From Leucoraja erinacea (lineage: Eukaryota): a DNA stretch of 64,000 nucleotides. The translations under genes and the position numbers were made by a program. Location: assembly GCF_028641065.1 (NCBI RefSeq), contig NC_073411.1, forward strand, positions 10,974,001 through 11,038,000. Direction: 5' to 3'. Of this stretch, positions 21,891 through 35,319 are shown one piece after another (positions within the stretch are counted from its first letter, which is position 1; each line of letters opens with the position of its first letter). Below the pieces are notes generated by a model, which made no database searches, was not told the origin of the DNA, and saw only the letters and a program-made list of their open reading frames with translations.

Positions 21891-23399
21891 CTAAAGAAAA
21901 CAACAAGAAACAGTTTAGTTACCGAGGTACACGTTTTTATTGCAAGCTACCAGTCAGCAGAAACCTTCTCTCCAGAGATGCTGCCTGTCCTGCTGAGTTA
22001 CTCCAGTTTTTTGTGACTATCAGCGGAAAGATTATACAAGATTACAATCTAGCTGTCCACAGTGTACAGATATAGGATAATGGGAATAACATTTAATGCA
22101 AGGTTAGTAAATGCTGCTGTTGGAGTAGAGGTTTAAAAGAGTGGAGTGATTGTAAGAAATGATTCTGGGACCATTTTAACATAATCAGTCATTCCCCAAA
22201 CCCGAATAAATCCTAAAATTGTGAAAGGGAAATGTGATTGCAACGAATAAATCAGACAAGGCTAGAACCAGTGAACATTGCATGTATCAATTCAGAAGGC
22301 TTTTAATAAAATTCTATACAGGTCATTAAGCAAACTTAAAGCCCAAATTTGGAGATAGTATACTGATGAATTAAGCTTGGTTAATGGGTAGAAACAGGTT
22401 AAACAGGTCATTCGAGTTGGGAATTTCTGGCCAGGTTGGTCCCAAGCTGTTTCCACGATCTACATCGAGGATTTGGATGAGAGGACCAAGAGGGGTGCAG
22501 AGCAAGTGCGGATTTGTGAGGAGGATACAGAGAGGGGAGAGAGAACGACAGAAGATATGTGAAATGGATAATGACAACGTAAGGTTAAGAGGGATATGGG
22601 CCAAAAGGGGACTACCTTAGATGGCACAAAGTGCTGGAGTAACTCAACGTAACTCCTATACTGTAAGAAACTCATTTACAACTCGGGAGATGTCTTAGAA
22701 AATTGTATTGAGAAAGTTCAGAGCCATATAGCACTGAATGAAACTAGGCCCTTAGGCTGAGCTTGCCCATGCCAATTAAGATGTCCATCTACACTAGTCC
22801 CACATTCCTTCATTAGCCCCGTATCTCTCTGAACAGTTTCTATCACCTGTCCAAATGCCTGTTAAATGTTGTTATAGTAACTGCCTCACCTTCCTTTTCT
22901 GACAGGGAAAGAGTAATTTGCAAAGAATGCCAAATTTGTTATCATATTATCCAATTTTGAGCATCAGTTCTATGGTGAATTATTTACCTTTACCAATTCT
23001 ATGGGAGAAAGGTAAGCCCCAAGTGGTCAACCTGTACACAATTCACTTAGTTTAGTTTAGAGATACGGCATGGAAACTGGCCCTTCAGCCCACCGAGTCC
23101 ATGCTGGCCAGCGATCCCCACACATTAATATTATTCTGCACACACTAGGGACAATTTACGCTTATACCAAGCCAATTAACCTACAAACTTGTACGTCTAT
23201 TGGAGTGTGGGAGGAAACCAGAGATCCCGGAGAAAACCTACGCGCATGCCACAGGGACGATGTATAAACTGAGTACAGACAAGTACCCGTAGTCTGGACC
23301 AAACCCGGGTCTCCGGCGCTGTAAGGCAGCAACTCTACTGTTACACCACGATGCCGCATGTCGCAATAAAGGTGCTATTATGCACAAGGATTTACTTAC

Positions 23400-23717
23400 T
23401 TTCTGGTCATACACAGACGGTGGTGGGTCGACTCTCTGCCAGCCTGGCGAGGGTCCCGAAACAATGTTGCCCCCAAAGCCTGACATGGGATGAGTGAACT
23501 GCTCCGCGGATGACTGCATCGCTGGGACTCGGACCTGGGCCCAGGGGTCGTGAGTTGGCACTCCCGCTGTGGGAAGTGCAGATGCTGGCATCGAGGGTTG
23601 CCACTGTGCAGGCTGATGCTGAGGAGGATAGAGGGCCTGTTGCTGGGCAGTACCCGGGCTTCCAAAGGGGTACTGAGATGGCGTCACTGGGTAGTGAGGC
23701 TGTTGATCGTACAGCTC
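23400..23717 (-). CDS. BAG4: BAG4-like exon 4 (Pro/Gln/Tyr-rich)
   Basis: TAG/GTAAGT boundaries, 318 nt phase 0/0; ELYDQQPHYPVTPSQYPFG...HDPWA...PPPSVYDQK. Confidence 0.85.
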
Positions 23718-24519
23718 CTATTTAGAGAGAAGCAGAATACAGGTTAATTGAGGAAAGAAAGATTAACATCACAAATAACATAGTGGGACCAGGTGCTGGA
23801 ATCTTGAGTAGTGCTGGAGTAACTCAACAGGTCAGGCAGCATCTGTGGAGGGACAGGTGACTTTTCCCAAAATGTCACCTATTCATATCCTTCAGAGATA
23901 CTATCTGACTCGCTAAGTTACTCCAGCACTCTGTCCTCCAAGCATAAATAACACCCTGAAATTGCTTGTTAGCATTAGTATAGCAACCCATGCTAACCGG
24001 ACCTGTTATTGGTGATATAGGATGGGACTGCTCAATTTATTCTGTCAGTGTGAACCATGCTGGTGAAATTCGACTGGAAAGTTTGAAATGTTTCCCGGGT
24101 CAAAGAGTACCCCATTACTTGCTACCTAGAAGCCATCACGACAACCTGCCCTCACGAGAGTCAAGAGCTTAGTTACTGATTTCACGCTTCTTGTGCAGCA
24201 GGGCGGCCCAGCGGTAGAGTTGCTGCATTGCAGCATCAGAGAACCGGGTTCAATCCCGACTACGGGTGCTGTATGTATGGAGTTCGTACGATCTCCCCGT
24301 GACCGCATGGGCTGTCTCTGATATCTTCGGTTTCCTCCCATGCTCCAAAGACGTACTGGTTTGTAGGTTAATTGGCTGGGTATAAATGTAAATTGTCCCA
24401 AGTGTGTGTGTAGGAGAGTGTTAATGTGCGGGCATCGCTGGTCGGCGCGGACTTGGTGGGCCCTGTTTCCGTGTGGTATCTCGGAACTAAACTAAACATG
24501 CTCCAGTGTCAGCACCTAC

Positions 24520-24843
24520 CCGTTGTCCTTGGGCCGGTGAATAAGCCTGATGAGTGGGGGCCTGCGGCCTCGACAGCAGCCCCTGGTTGGGCGGGCCCGT
24601 TTGCGAGTAGGCCCACTGTGCGGAGGAAGCATTCCCGTTGGACGGAGGCCTTGGCAGCCCTGCCTGTGGCGTGGGGTTTTGCTGGTGCTGAGGATGCTGG
24701 CGGTAGGGCTGCTGTTGGTGGCTCTCGCTCGTTATGGGCTCCTCCCGCGGGTGCTCAGCCGGCCCCGGGGGATACCAAGCGTTCCCCTGGACAGGCCGCG
24801 GTGACGGCGCTCGTCCAGACGAGAACACACCATTGACCAACCC
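24520..24843 (-). CDS. BAG4: BAG4-like exon 3 (Pro/Gln-rich)
   Basis: CAG/GTAGGT boundaries, 324 nt phase 0/0; GLVNGVFSSG...AWYPPG...QWAYSQ...AQGQR. Confidence 0.85.
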
Positions 24844-26649
24844 CTGAAAGAAGATATAGGTTGTTACAGATCATACACCCAGCAGAAGCACGTTCACTGT
24901 AACCAGACAGAAAAATAAAATAACCACCCCAGTTACACTTTATAACCGACTGGTGCACTCCCTTTGCCATGATCTCATCGAGTTCCAGCCAATTGATGCA
25001 TCCATGCAGCACTTACACTGAGCTCACCCTTTGTGAGCTCAGAGGCTGAGCCTGTTATCAATGCAGAGGCAGCATCAGGCACCAGGCCTCACCCCCACAG
25101 TGCTGGGTGTAAAGGAGCGAGGCTGATCCCAACCAAACCTTCTCCAGTGATGCTGCCTGACCCGCAGGGTTACTCCACCACTTTGTGCCTTTTTTTTGTG
25201 GCAGATCGGGAGGTGGAATTAGAAAGCTGTGAAGCCAGAAGTCTGAAAACATGGAGAAAAGTAGAAAACCCAAGTGAACAAGCTAACACTAGAACTATGG
25301 GTGAGGGAGGGGAGATGTTTAAAGAGTTCTGGAAACAGATGTTAAGAGTAGGAACTCAACTAGATATTGTAGCATTGAGTAAAACACAAACACATTTATA
25401 CCAAGTCAATGGAGGAACCCAATGGGTCAGGCAGCATCTGGGGAGGGAATGGACAAATGACGTTTTGTGACCCTTCTTCAGACCTAAAAGTCCCAATTCA
25501 AAACGTCGCCTGTCCAGTCTTTCCCCAGATGCTGCCTGACCCATTGAGTTCCTCCAATGACTTGGTATAAATGTGTTTGTGTTTTACTCAATACTACAAT
25601 ATCAATGTCTGAAGAAGGGTTTCGGCTCGAAACGTTGCCTATTTCCTTCGCTCCATAGATGCTGCTGCACCCGCTGAGTTTCTCCAGCTTTTTTGTGTAC
25701 TACAATATCTAGTTTGGTTTAGAAATACAGCATAGAAGCAGGCCTTTTGGCCCAACGAGTCCGTGCTGACCATTGATCGATCACCCATTCATACCAGTTC
25801 TATATTATCCCACTTGCTCATCCATCCCCTCCATACAAGGGCAATTTACAAACACGCACGTCTTTGGTATGTGGGAGGAAACTGGAGCACCCAGAGGAAA
25901 CTCACACGGTCACAGGGAGAACATGCAAACTCCACACAGACAGCACCCGAGGTCAGGATCGAACCTGGTTCTCTTGTGCGGTGAGGTAGCTGATCTACCA
26001 GCTGCATCCTGTGTTGACATATTGGGAAAAGATGGAGGTGAGATTAGCTCACCAGTCTGAGGGGAAAAATGGCCGACATCTGATCCTGAAGTCTGATCAA
26101 AATAGTGAACGGTGAACATGATTAGAGAAGTATACTGGGAAAGGGTTTAAAGCAGGAGATGGACATAACTTGGTATGGACAACGATTTGATCAGTACTCC
26201 GTACAAGCTAAAGTGAATTGTAAAAGCCTTATAATTACAGGCTAGCAGGAGGGAGAGGATTACAGTGTCGGACATTTGAATTCGTGTTAGCATAGGATGC
26301 CAGGTTTGCAAACCATCTATTTCAGTTCAGAACGACATGTAACATAGAACCGGAACTTGTCCTACAGTTTGTTCCGAACATGAAGCCCAGTTAAATTAAT
26401 ATCCTCTGCCTGCACGTGATTCATATCCCTCCATTCCCTGATAATTTCACGTGCATATCTAAATACCTATTGAACGGCAATATCATAGCTCCCTCCACCA
26501 TCACAGCTGACAGCAAGTTCCAGGCATTCGCCACTCTGCGCAAAAACTTGCCTGGCCATCATCAAATTTCCCCCCCTCTGATCTTAAACCAGTACTTAGT
26601 CTTTGATATTTCCACTCTGGAGAAATTGTTCTGACTGTCTTCCTAAAAT

Positions 26650-26953
26650 GTTTAGAATTTAGAGATACATCGCGAAAACAGGACCTTCGGCCTACCAAGA
26701 CCGCACCGACCAGCATTCCCTGTACTCTAGCACTATCTTACACACTAGGGACAATTTATACATTTTACTGAAGCCAATCAACCTACAAACTTGTGCCTCT
26801 TTGGAGAGTGGGAGGAAACCAGTGCACCCGGAGAAAACCCACGTGGTCACAGGGAGAACATACAAACTTGGTACAGACAGCACCCATAGTCAGGATCAAA
26901 CCCGGGTCTCTGGCGCCGTAAGGCAGCAACTCTACCGTTGCGCCATTGTGCCT
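26650..26953 (-). mobile_element. HE1-type SINE
   Basis: Reverse-complement copy; other minus-strand copies near 5100-5380, 23048-23360, 25710-26005, 37405-37680 and 62112-62393. Confidence 0.82.
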
Positions 26954-27191
26954 CCAAGTGATGAAGGGAGTTGAATTGATGACAAGGCGGATGTGAAATT
27001 AACAGCAGCTGTTTAATTAACCGGCTCACGGGTAAGCCTATCACCCATTCATTTGTTCCAGTCTTTCTGACTCACATTATTGATCCTATACAACAATGTG
27101 TTCTGCCAACCAACAGGGAATCACAGATTCAATATCATGAATCAGTTGCTACTACAGATTAGCTGGCACATCTAGATTAACTAAATACTAC

Positions 27192-27503
27192 GGGCAGCGT
27201 GGTGGCGCAGCGGTAGAATCTCTGCCTTACAGCGCCAGGGACCCTGATCCAATCCTGGCTATGGGTCCTTGCCTGTACTGAGTTTGTACGTTCACCCCGT
27301 GACCTGCATGGGTTTTCTCCGAGAACTTCGGTTTCCTCACACACTCCAAAGATGCACAGGTTTGTAGGTTAATAGGCTTGGTATGAGTAAAAATTGTCCC
27401 TAGTGTAGTGTTAATGTGCGAGGATCGCTGGTCGGTGTGGACTTTGTGGGCAAATGGGTCTGTTTCCGCACTATCTCTCTAAACTAAACTAAATTAAACT
27501 AAA
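27192..27503 (+). mobile_element. HE1-type SINE
   Basis: Same family, with (TAAAC)n tail; other plus-strand copies near 466-745, 3525-3790, 24200-24497, 31430-31647, 43148-43433, 46192-46508 and 51778-52140. Confidence 0.82.
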
Positions 27504-28632
27504 TTACACATGGAACTGACACATTTATCCAAAAATGCAGACACAGGAAATTGCAGATGCTGAAATCTGGAGTAAAGGACAAGCTGAGTGAAGAAGAGAC
27601 CCGAACCAAAACGTCATGTCCATTTCCCTCCACAGATGTCGACAAACCTGCTGAGTTCCTCCAGCATTTTTTAAATACAAAAGCGCTAATAGGTTGAATT
27701 ATTATTGGCGGTCACATGGACTGATATCGAGATTGCCTGCAGTTTAGCTTGAGAATGAATCATCAAGAAAATGCAGCAGAACAAAGGTCACACCAGTCAC
27801 TTCCTTTTCTCAGCTCAACCCACATGCAGATTGTTGACGCAAAGTTTCCACCCTAAAGGCTGCTGCACATTCCTGACTCTCTGAACAGCAGACCAGCCCT
27901 GAGGTGGCTGCAGGCCAGGCTTGTGATCATTCTCCAAGCAGTCAGAAAAAATCCCCCCAGCAACAGTAACAAGATAATAATTTATGAAGAGTCATAGTCA
28001 TAGAATCTTATAGCGTGGAAACATGCTCTGTGGCCCAACCTGCCCACACGTCCCATCTACACTAGTCCCACCTGCCTGCATTTGGCCCACATCCCACTAA
28101 ACCTATCCTAATCCAGGTACCTGTCAAAATGTTTCTTAAACGTTGCTGAACTTAAACTTAAGAGAAAAACTGTTGTATAGGAAAACATTGGCACACTTGT
28201 CCAATCTCATGTTTTGCACACTAGCTCAGTAAAAGAAGTCCATGCATAGAGCAAAGGACCCCATGCATTACATATTCCTCTGGCAAGGAACACCGCCTCC
28301 CTTAAATATTCTGTACCTGGGACTAAACACCAGTAAACGAGGGAGTAAATGAGAACATAATATAATAAAAAGTTTAGTTTGAGCTTGGTGTATTATCACG
28401 TGTAACGAGGTACAGTGAAAAGCTTATGTGTTTAAAGGAACACAACAGGAGAACAGAGGGGACAGTTTCAGACCCTACTGCAGGCATTTAAACATCTTGT
28501 AAAATCAACATTGCTTGAGTTTGAGTTTAGTTTGTCAGCAGAAAGACAACACATGATTACAATCGAGCCATCCACAGTGTAGAGATACATAAATATACAG
28601 TAAAGCCTGATCAAAGGTAGTCTGAGGGTTTC

Positions 28633-29190
28633 AATAGACAATAGAAATAGGTGCAGGAGTAGGCCATTCGGCCCTTCGAGCCAGCACCGCCATTCAATGT
28701 GATCATGGCTGATCATCCCCAATCAGTACCCTGTTCCTGCCTTCTCCCCATATCTAGCTCTCTCTTGAAAGCATCCAGAGAACCTGCCTCCACCGCCCTC
28801 TGAGGCAGAGAATTCCACAGACTCCAATGAGGTAGATAGTAGTTCAAGACATAGATACATAGAAAATAAGTGCAGGAGTAGGCCATTCGGCCCTTCGAGC
28901 CTGCACCGCCATTCAATATGATCATGGCTGATCATCCAACTTAGTATCCCGTACCTGCCTTCTCTCCATACCCCCTGATCCCTTTAGCCACAAGAGCCAC
29001 ATCTAACTCCCTCTTAAATATAGCCAATGAACTGGCCTCAAGTACCCTCTGTGGCAGAGAGTTCCAGAGATTCACCACTCTCTGTGTGAAAAATGTTTTT
29101 CTCATCTCGGTCTTAAAGGATTTCCCCCTTATCCTTAAGCTGTGACCCCTTGTCCTGGACTTCCCCAACATCGGGAACAATCTTCCTGCA
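28633..29190 (-). mobile_element. Two tandem CR1/HER1 3' fragments
   Basis: Two copies of the ...GGCCTACTCCTGCACCTA tail; RTRGH...LWNSLP peptide. Confidence 0.85.
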
Positions 29191-29899
29191 AAGACGGCTC
29201 TCTAGTTGTTGGTAGGATGATTCAGTTGCCCGATAAAAGCTGGGAAGAAACTTTCCCCGAATCTGGAGGTGTGCATTTTCACACTTCTATATCTCTCGCC
29301 TGATGGGAGAGGGGAGAAAAGGGAGTATCCGGGTGCGATTTAGCCCTGTCGTACAAAGGAACAGCAGATGTTGGTTTATACCAAAGAAAGACACTAAATT
29401 CTGGAGTAACTTAGCAGGTGAGGCCACATCTTTGGAGAAGTTGGATAGGTAAAGTTTTGGGTCGGGATGCTACTTTGGACCGATTGTGTGGGGGGGGGGG
29501 GATGGGGGGGGGGGGAAGCAAGAAATGACCAGGACAAACCAGGGCCAGCCACAGATGACCTCAGGCAGGGAGGGTCCCGGTAGACTACCTGTTGGCTAGG
29601 GACAGTTATTTGAGGAAATAATTTCCAGATCCCATCACTCAACAAGTCAGCAAAGTCACTCAGCAAGTCAGGCAGCATCTTCGGAGGACATTGACCTATC
29701 TACGTCCTGCAGGCATGTTGCCTGACCTGCTGAATTACTCTAATATTTTTTCCCCATGCATTCTCCTTTTTAATTTACATTTCAACATTTTTGGTTTTTG
29801 ACTATAAAATACACATTTTTGTGCCCGAGCCATCAAGTAGATTCCCGCCTGCAAGCCAAAATAATTTAACAGTTTTAATGCATGAAAAGTGGCACTTAC

Positions 29900-30010
29900 T
29901 TGTGGAGGCATTTGATGGTCCATCATTTGAGAATAGTTACTTGGATATGGACCAGCTTGCGGTCCAGTAGGATACCAGTAATTAGATTCAAACCCTGCGT
30001 ACGGCATTTC
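29900..30010 (-). CDS. BAG4: BAG4-like exon 2
   Basis: TAG/GTAAGT boundaries, 111 nt; EMPYAGFESNYWYPTGPQAGPYPSNY resembles human BAG4 'PYPSYNSNYW...APYPSTY' (recalled). Confidence 0.85.
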
Positions 30011-32233
30011 CTAAAATAATCAAAGCAAGAGTCAAATATAAAGAGCGGCAAGGCCTCACTCTGAGTATGGTCTATAGATCTGGTCAGGCAAACTGAGCTG
30101 TAGACCATGTATTTACCCTGATAGGAGTAAAGCAAAGTTCTCCAACGTGATATTGAAATGGTGTGGTTCTTATTGGAGGAGCTATTAAGTAGAGTAAGCC
30201 TGAAGTCAAATTCGGAAGGGCCTTATTGTTTAGTTTAGTATAGAGATACAGCGTGGAAACAGGCCCTTCGGCCCACCAGGTCTAAGAAGACCAGTAAAAA
30301 ACACACACACGCTCGCGGAAATTTATACCAAAGCCAATTAACCTACAAGCTTGTATGTCTTTGGAGTGTGGAAATAAACCAGAGGACCCAGAGAAAATTC
30401 ACAAAGGTCATGGGTGATGGACAAAAAAATCTGGAGTAACTCAGCAGGACAGGCAGCATCCCTGGAGAGAAGAAATGGGTGACATTTCGGGTCGAGACCC
30501 TTCTTCAGATGACGGACCTCTGGCGTTGTAGGGCAGCAATACTATCACTGTGCCACCGTGCCTTTGAAAGATGCAAATTCTCTAATGCTTCAATAGGGAC
30601 AATTAGGTCTTTAGAACCGTGGTCGCCGTCTGAAGAAGGGTCTCAACCTGAAACGTCACCGATCCACGTTCTCCAGAGCTGCTGCTTGACCTACTGAGTT
30701 ACTCCAGCGCTTTCTGTCCTATTCAGTTTTAAAATAAGTGTCAGAAATTCAGGCCAGATGAGAAGAAATCTATTCCTCTGGAGTGTAGCGAATCTTCGGA
30801 GTAGTCTAGCTAGTCTAAGGTTGTGGTATAAATTTAAAATATATTAGCAGAATTTAAGATATTATTAAGGGAATCACGGGGCATAGGATTAGTGCAGGAA
30901 AGTGGCACCAAGGTAAATGATCAGTCATGAACTAATTAAATGGTAAGATAAGTACAAGGTTCAAATGGCCTATTCCTGCTTCGACTGATCACTCCATTTT
31001 CAGATCCTCCGAATAACCTGTGTTGACTAAAATTAGCAACCCACCAAGTACTTCAATCAGACAATTGCTTTACATCAGTGAATTGAAGGTATTTGACAAG
31101 ACACTAGTGCAGAAAGCAGACAACGTCTCATGGATTGACTCAAAGTAATAGAAATGAATTCAAAATCTTTGTTTTTCTCCTTGCTATCACATTAAATTAA
31201 GATGCTAAATGATAGCGGTCACATTTGGTTTGATGCAACTCACGTCTACATTTTCCGTAGTTAAAACTAAAGCACTAGCTATAAGCAAGAGTTTTCTTCA
31301 CAGGCATTCATTCTGATGAGAGTGTGGGCTGATTTATTGGGGGCTGACACAATTGGACACAAGCCGTGTCACCATGGATCACATTAAACCAAATGCAGCG
31401 ATTATCCTAGCAAAAAAAAAAATCAAATAGCACCAGAGACCCAGGTTCGATCCTGACTATGGGTGCTGTCTAAATGGAGTTTGCATATTCCCCCTGTGAC
31501 CTGCGTGGGTTTTCTCCAGGTGTTCTGGTTTCCTCCCACACTCCAAAGATGGGCAGGTTTGTATGTTATTTAGCTTGGTAAAAATGTAAATTGTTCCTAG
31601 TGTGTAGGATAGTGTGTGGGGGGGATCGCTGGCCGGTGCAGACTCGCAGAACACTTACTCTCCTGTTTAAATGGTGTGAAATGAATTATTCACCTCCATT
31701 ATAAGTATAATCATCCCTATCCATTACAAGTATATTCATCCCTATCCATTGGATAAACTATCCACTCCAACACAAAATATCAAAATACACATATTCAAAC
31801 AAAAGTTTTTATTTTTTCAGATTTTGGAAAAGAATTAATACCTTTTCATGGTTGTTAACTTGCACAATAAAGATAATAAGACCATTGAATTATTCCTGTC
31901 CTTCACGAGCTGCATAGAGAGCTCTCTGTGACTATGTGACCTGAATTATTCTGGCCCACACATTCAGATTGATCAGGTGAATGTGTACTGGAGCTCCATT
32001 TATTGCTTCTCAATAAACAGGCTGACCTGGGACTTATTGCCTTCAACGTGAAAACAAAGTAATTTCTGAATCAATATAACCAATGTAGGTTTTTCCATCT
32101 TTCTAAGCTGTACGTCTATTCTTCCTGCCGTACATCACCTCTTCCCATCCTCTTCCCAATTTCACCTACAATTCCCGAAACCCCCATCCACTAGAGCACC
32201 AGCCTCACATCCTCACTGCCTCCCACTATTGTA

Positions 32234-33602
32234 CAGTGCATTCAGAAAGTATTCAGACCCCTTCACTTTTTCCACATTTTGTTATGTTACAGCCTTATTC
32301 TAAAATGGATTATTATTTTCTTCTAATCATCAACCTACACACAAAACCCCACAATAAATTAGTGAAAACAGGCATTTCAAAATTTTTGCAAAGTAATTAA
32401 AAATAAATAACTGAAATATCACATTTACATGAGTATTCAGACCCTTTACTCATTACTTTGTTGAGGCACCTTTGGCAGCGATTACACCCTCAAGTCTTCG
32501 TGGGTATGACGCTACAAGCTTGGCACACGTGTATTTGGGTAATTTCTTCCATTCTTCTCTGCAGATCCTCTCAAGCTCTGTCCGGTTGGATGGGGAGCGT
32601 CGATGCACAGCTATTTTCAGGTCCCTCCAGAGATGTTCGATCGGGTTCAAGTCCGGGCTCTGGCTGGGCCACTTAAGGACATTCACAGGCTTGTCATGAA
32701 GCCACTCCTGCATTGCCTTGGCTGTGTGCTTAGGGTCGTTGTCCTGTTGGAAGGTGAACCTCCATCCCAGTCTGAGGTCCAGAACGCTCTGGAGTAGGTG
32801 TTCATCAAGGATCTCTCTGTACTTTACTCCGTTCATGTTTCCCTTGATCCTGACTAGTCTCCCAGTTCCTGCCGTTGAAAAACATCCCCACAGCATGGTG
32901 CTGCCACCACCATGCTTCGCCATAGGTATGGTATTGGCCAGGTGATGAGCGGTGCCTGATTTCCTCCAAACGTGACGCTTAGCATTCAGGCCAAAGAGTT
33001 CAATCTTGGTTTCATCAGACAAGATAATCATGTTTTTCATGGTCTGAGAGTCCTTTAGGTGCCTTTTGGCAAACTCCAAGCAGGCTGTCATGTGCCTTTT
33101 ACTGAGGAGTGGCTTCCGTCTGGCCACTCTACCATAAAGGCCTGATTGGTGGAGTGTTGCAGATATAGTTGTCCTTCGGGAAGGTTCTCCCATCTTCACA
33201 CAGGAACTCTGGAGCTCTGTCAGAGTGACCATCTGGTTCTTGATCACCTCCCTGACCAAGGCCCTTCTCCCCCGATTGCTCAGTTTGGCCAGGCGGCCAG
33301 CTCTATGAAGCGTCCTGGTGGTTCCAAAGTTCTGCCATTTAAGAATCACGGAGGCCACTGTGTTCTTTGGTACCTGCAATGCTGCAGAAATTGTTGTATA
33401 CCCTTCCCCAGATCTGTGTCTCGACACAATCCTGTCTCGGAGGTCTACGGACAATTTTGAGTGTCATAGCAAAGGGTCTGAATACTTATGTAAATGTGAT
33501 ATTTCAGTTATTTCTTCTTAATTACTTTGCAAAATTTTCTAAACACCTGTTTTCGCTTCTTCATACTGGGGTATTGTGTGTAGATTGATGATAAAAAAAA
33601 AT
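32234..33602 (-). mobile_element. Tc1/mariner (DD34E, IR/DR-type) DNA transposon, 5'-deleted, one TIR truncated
   Basis: TA|CAGTGCATTCAGAAAGTATTCAGACCC terminus at 32232-32260 with inner direct repeat AGTATTCAGACCC near 32432; partial inverted copy at 33469-33600. Confidence 0.92.
32453..33454 (-). pseudogene. Tc1 transposase reading frame (333 codons, open, lacking its ATG)
   Basis: Paired-like HTH, GR..KLS, SDETK, GGGS.MLWGCF, QQDNDPKH...SPDLNPIE with 34 residues between the second D and E; frame begins at TTG beside a deletion junction. Confidence 0.85.
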
Positions 33603-34254
33603 GGCGTACTTCTCAACCCCAACCCCCACTAACTCCAGGGCCCTCATTTTTCCTTCCCCGATTGACTCAACCCCCACTAACTCCAGGGCCCTTTTTCCTT
33701 CCTTCTCCCCGCCACCCCCTATCAGTCTGAAGAAGGGTTTCGGCCCGAAACATTACCTATCTCCTTCGCTCCATAGATGCTGCTGCACCCGCTGAGTTTC
33801 TCCAGCATTTTTGTGTACCCCCACTAACTCCAATTCTTCCCCTACCACCATCCTCCTCCCTCTCATCCTTACTCTCACTCCCCCTCCCACTTCTCTCTCA
33901 AAATACTTTAAAGTACAGGTTTCGAGGGATATGGGCCAAACCAAGGCAGGTGCTACTAACTTTGATGGGGCATGTTGGTCGGCGTTGGGCCCGTTTCCAT
34001 GCTGTATGACTCTATGTGTAAGAAGGAACTGCACATGCTGGTTTAAACCGAAGATAGACACAAAAAGCTGGAGTAACTCAGCGGAACAGACAGCATCTCT
34101 GGAGTGGGAGTGAAGGAATGGGTGACGTTTCAGGTCGAGACCCTTCTTCAGCCTACGTCACCCATTCCTTCTCTCCAGAGATGCTGCCTGTCCCGCTGAA
34201 TTACTCCAGATTTTTTTGTGTCCATCTTCTCTATGACTCTTTGAAGGGTAGGAC

Positions 34255-35312
34255 ATACCCTTTCACTCCCTTTCCCTATTCCCTACTACCTCCTCTCTCC
34301 CTCTATCCTATCCACCTCCCTTCCTTTACTCTGTTCCCCTCTCTCCCTCACCTCCCTTATTCTCTCCCTCTGCTCCTCCCCCCATTCTTCCCTCCTCCTC
34401 TTACCACCCCTTCCCATTCCCTCTTCCCCCTCCCCTCCAGCCTCGTTTCCTTCCCCTCTATCCTCCCCAATCACCTTTCCTCTCCTCTCCCTTCTTCTCC
34501 TTCCTCCATTCATCTTCTCCTCTTTATTCCCCCTGCTCTTTACCTCATTCCTCTTCTCCCCCCCCCTCACCTCTTCCTCTCCCCTCCTATCCCTCTCTCT
34601 CCCCTTCCATCCTTCACCTCCCCTCCCCTTTGCCTCCCTCAGCTTCTCCCCTCACCCCCCCTCTCCTCCTCCCCTCCCCCCATCCCCCTCCTCCCCATCC
34701 CCCCCTCTCTCACCTCCCCCCTCTCCCCATCCCCCCCCTCTCTCACCCCTCCCCCCCTCCTCCCCCCATCCCCCCCCCCTCCCCCTCACCTCCCCTCCCC
34801 CCCACTCTCTCCCCCCCTCCCCCCCCCCCCTCTCCTCCTCCCCTCTCCCCATCCCCCTCCCCCCCCCCTCTCCCCCCTCACCCTCCTCTCCTCCCCCTCC
34901 CACCCTCCCCCCTCCTCTCCCCCCCACCCTCTCCTCCCTCCCCACTCCCCCCCCCCACCCCTCTCCCCCCCCCCCCCTCACCTCTCCCTCTCCTCTCCTC
35001 ACCTCCACCCTCTCCTCCCCCCCCCCCCTCCTCTCCTCCACCCTCTCCCCCCTCCCCCCTCCCCTCCCCTTTGCCCTCCCTCAGCTTCTCCCTTCACCTC
35101 CCCTCACCCCCCCATCCCCCCCACTCTCTCCCCCTCTCCTCTCCTCTCCTCTCCTCACCTCCCCTCTTCTCTCCTCCCCTCTCCCCCCCTCTCCCCCCCC
35201 CCCCTCACCCTCCCCCCCACTCTCTCCCCATCCCATCCCCCCTCACCTCCCCTCCCCCCCTCTCTCACCCTCCCCATCCCCATCCCCCCCCTCTCCCCTC
35301 TCTCGCCCTCCC
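34255..35312. repeat. ~1-kb C/T low-complexity tract (G/A-rich on the transcribed strand)
   Basis: Almost exclusively C and T runs, directly after the exon 1 donor. Confidence 0.95.
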
Positions 35313-35319
35313 CACTCAC

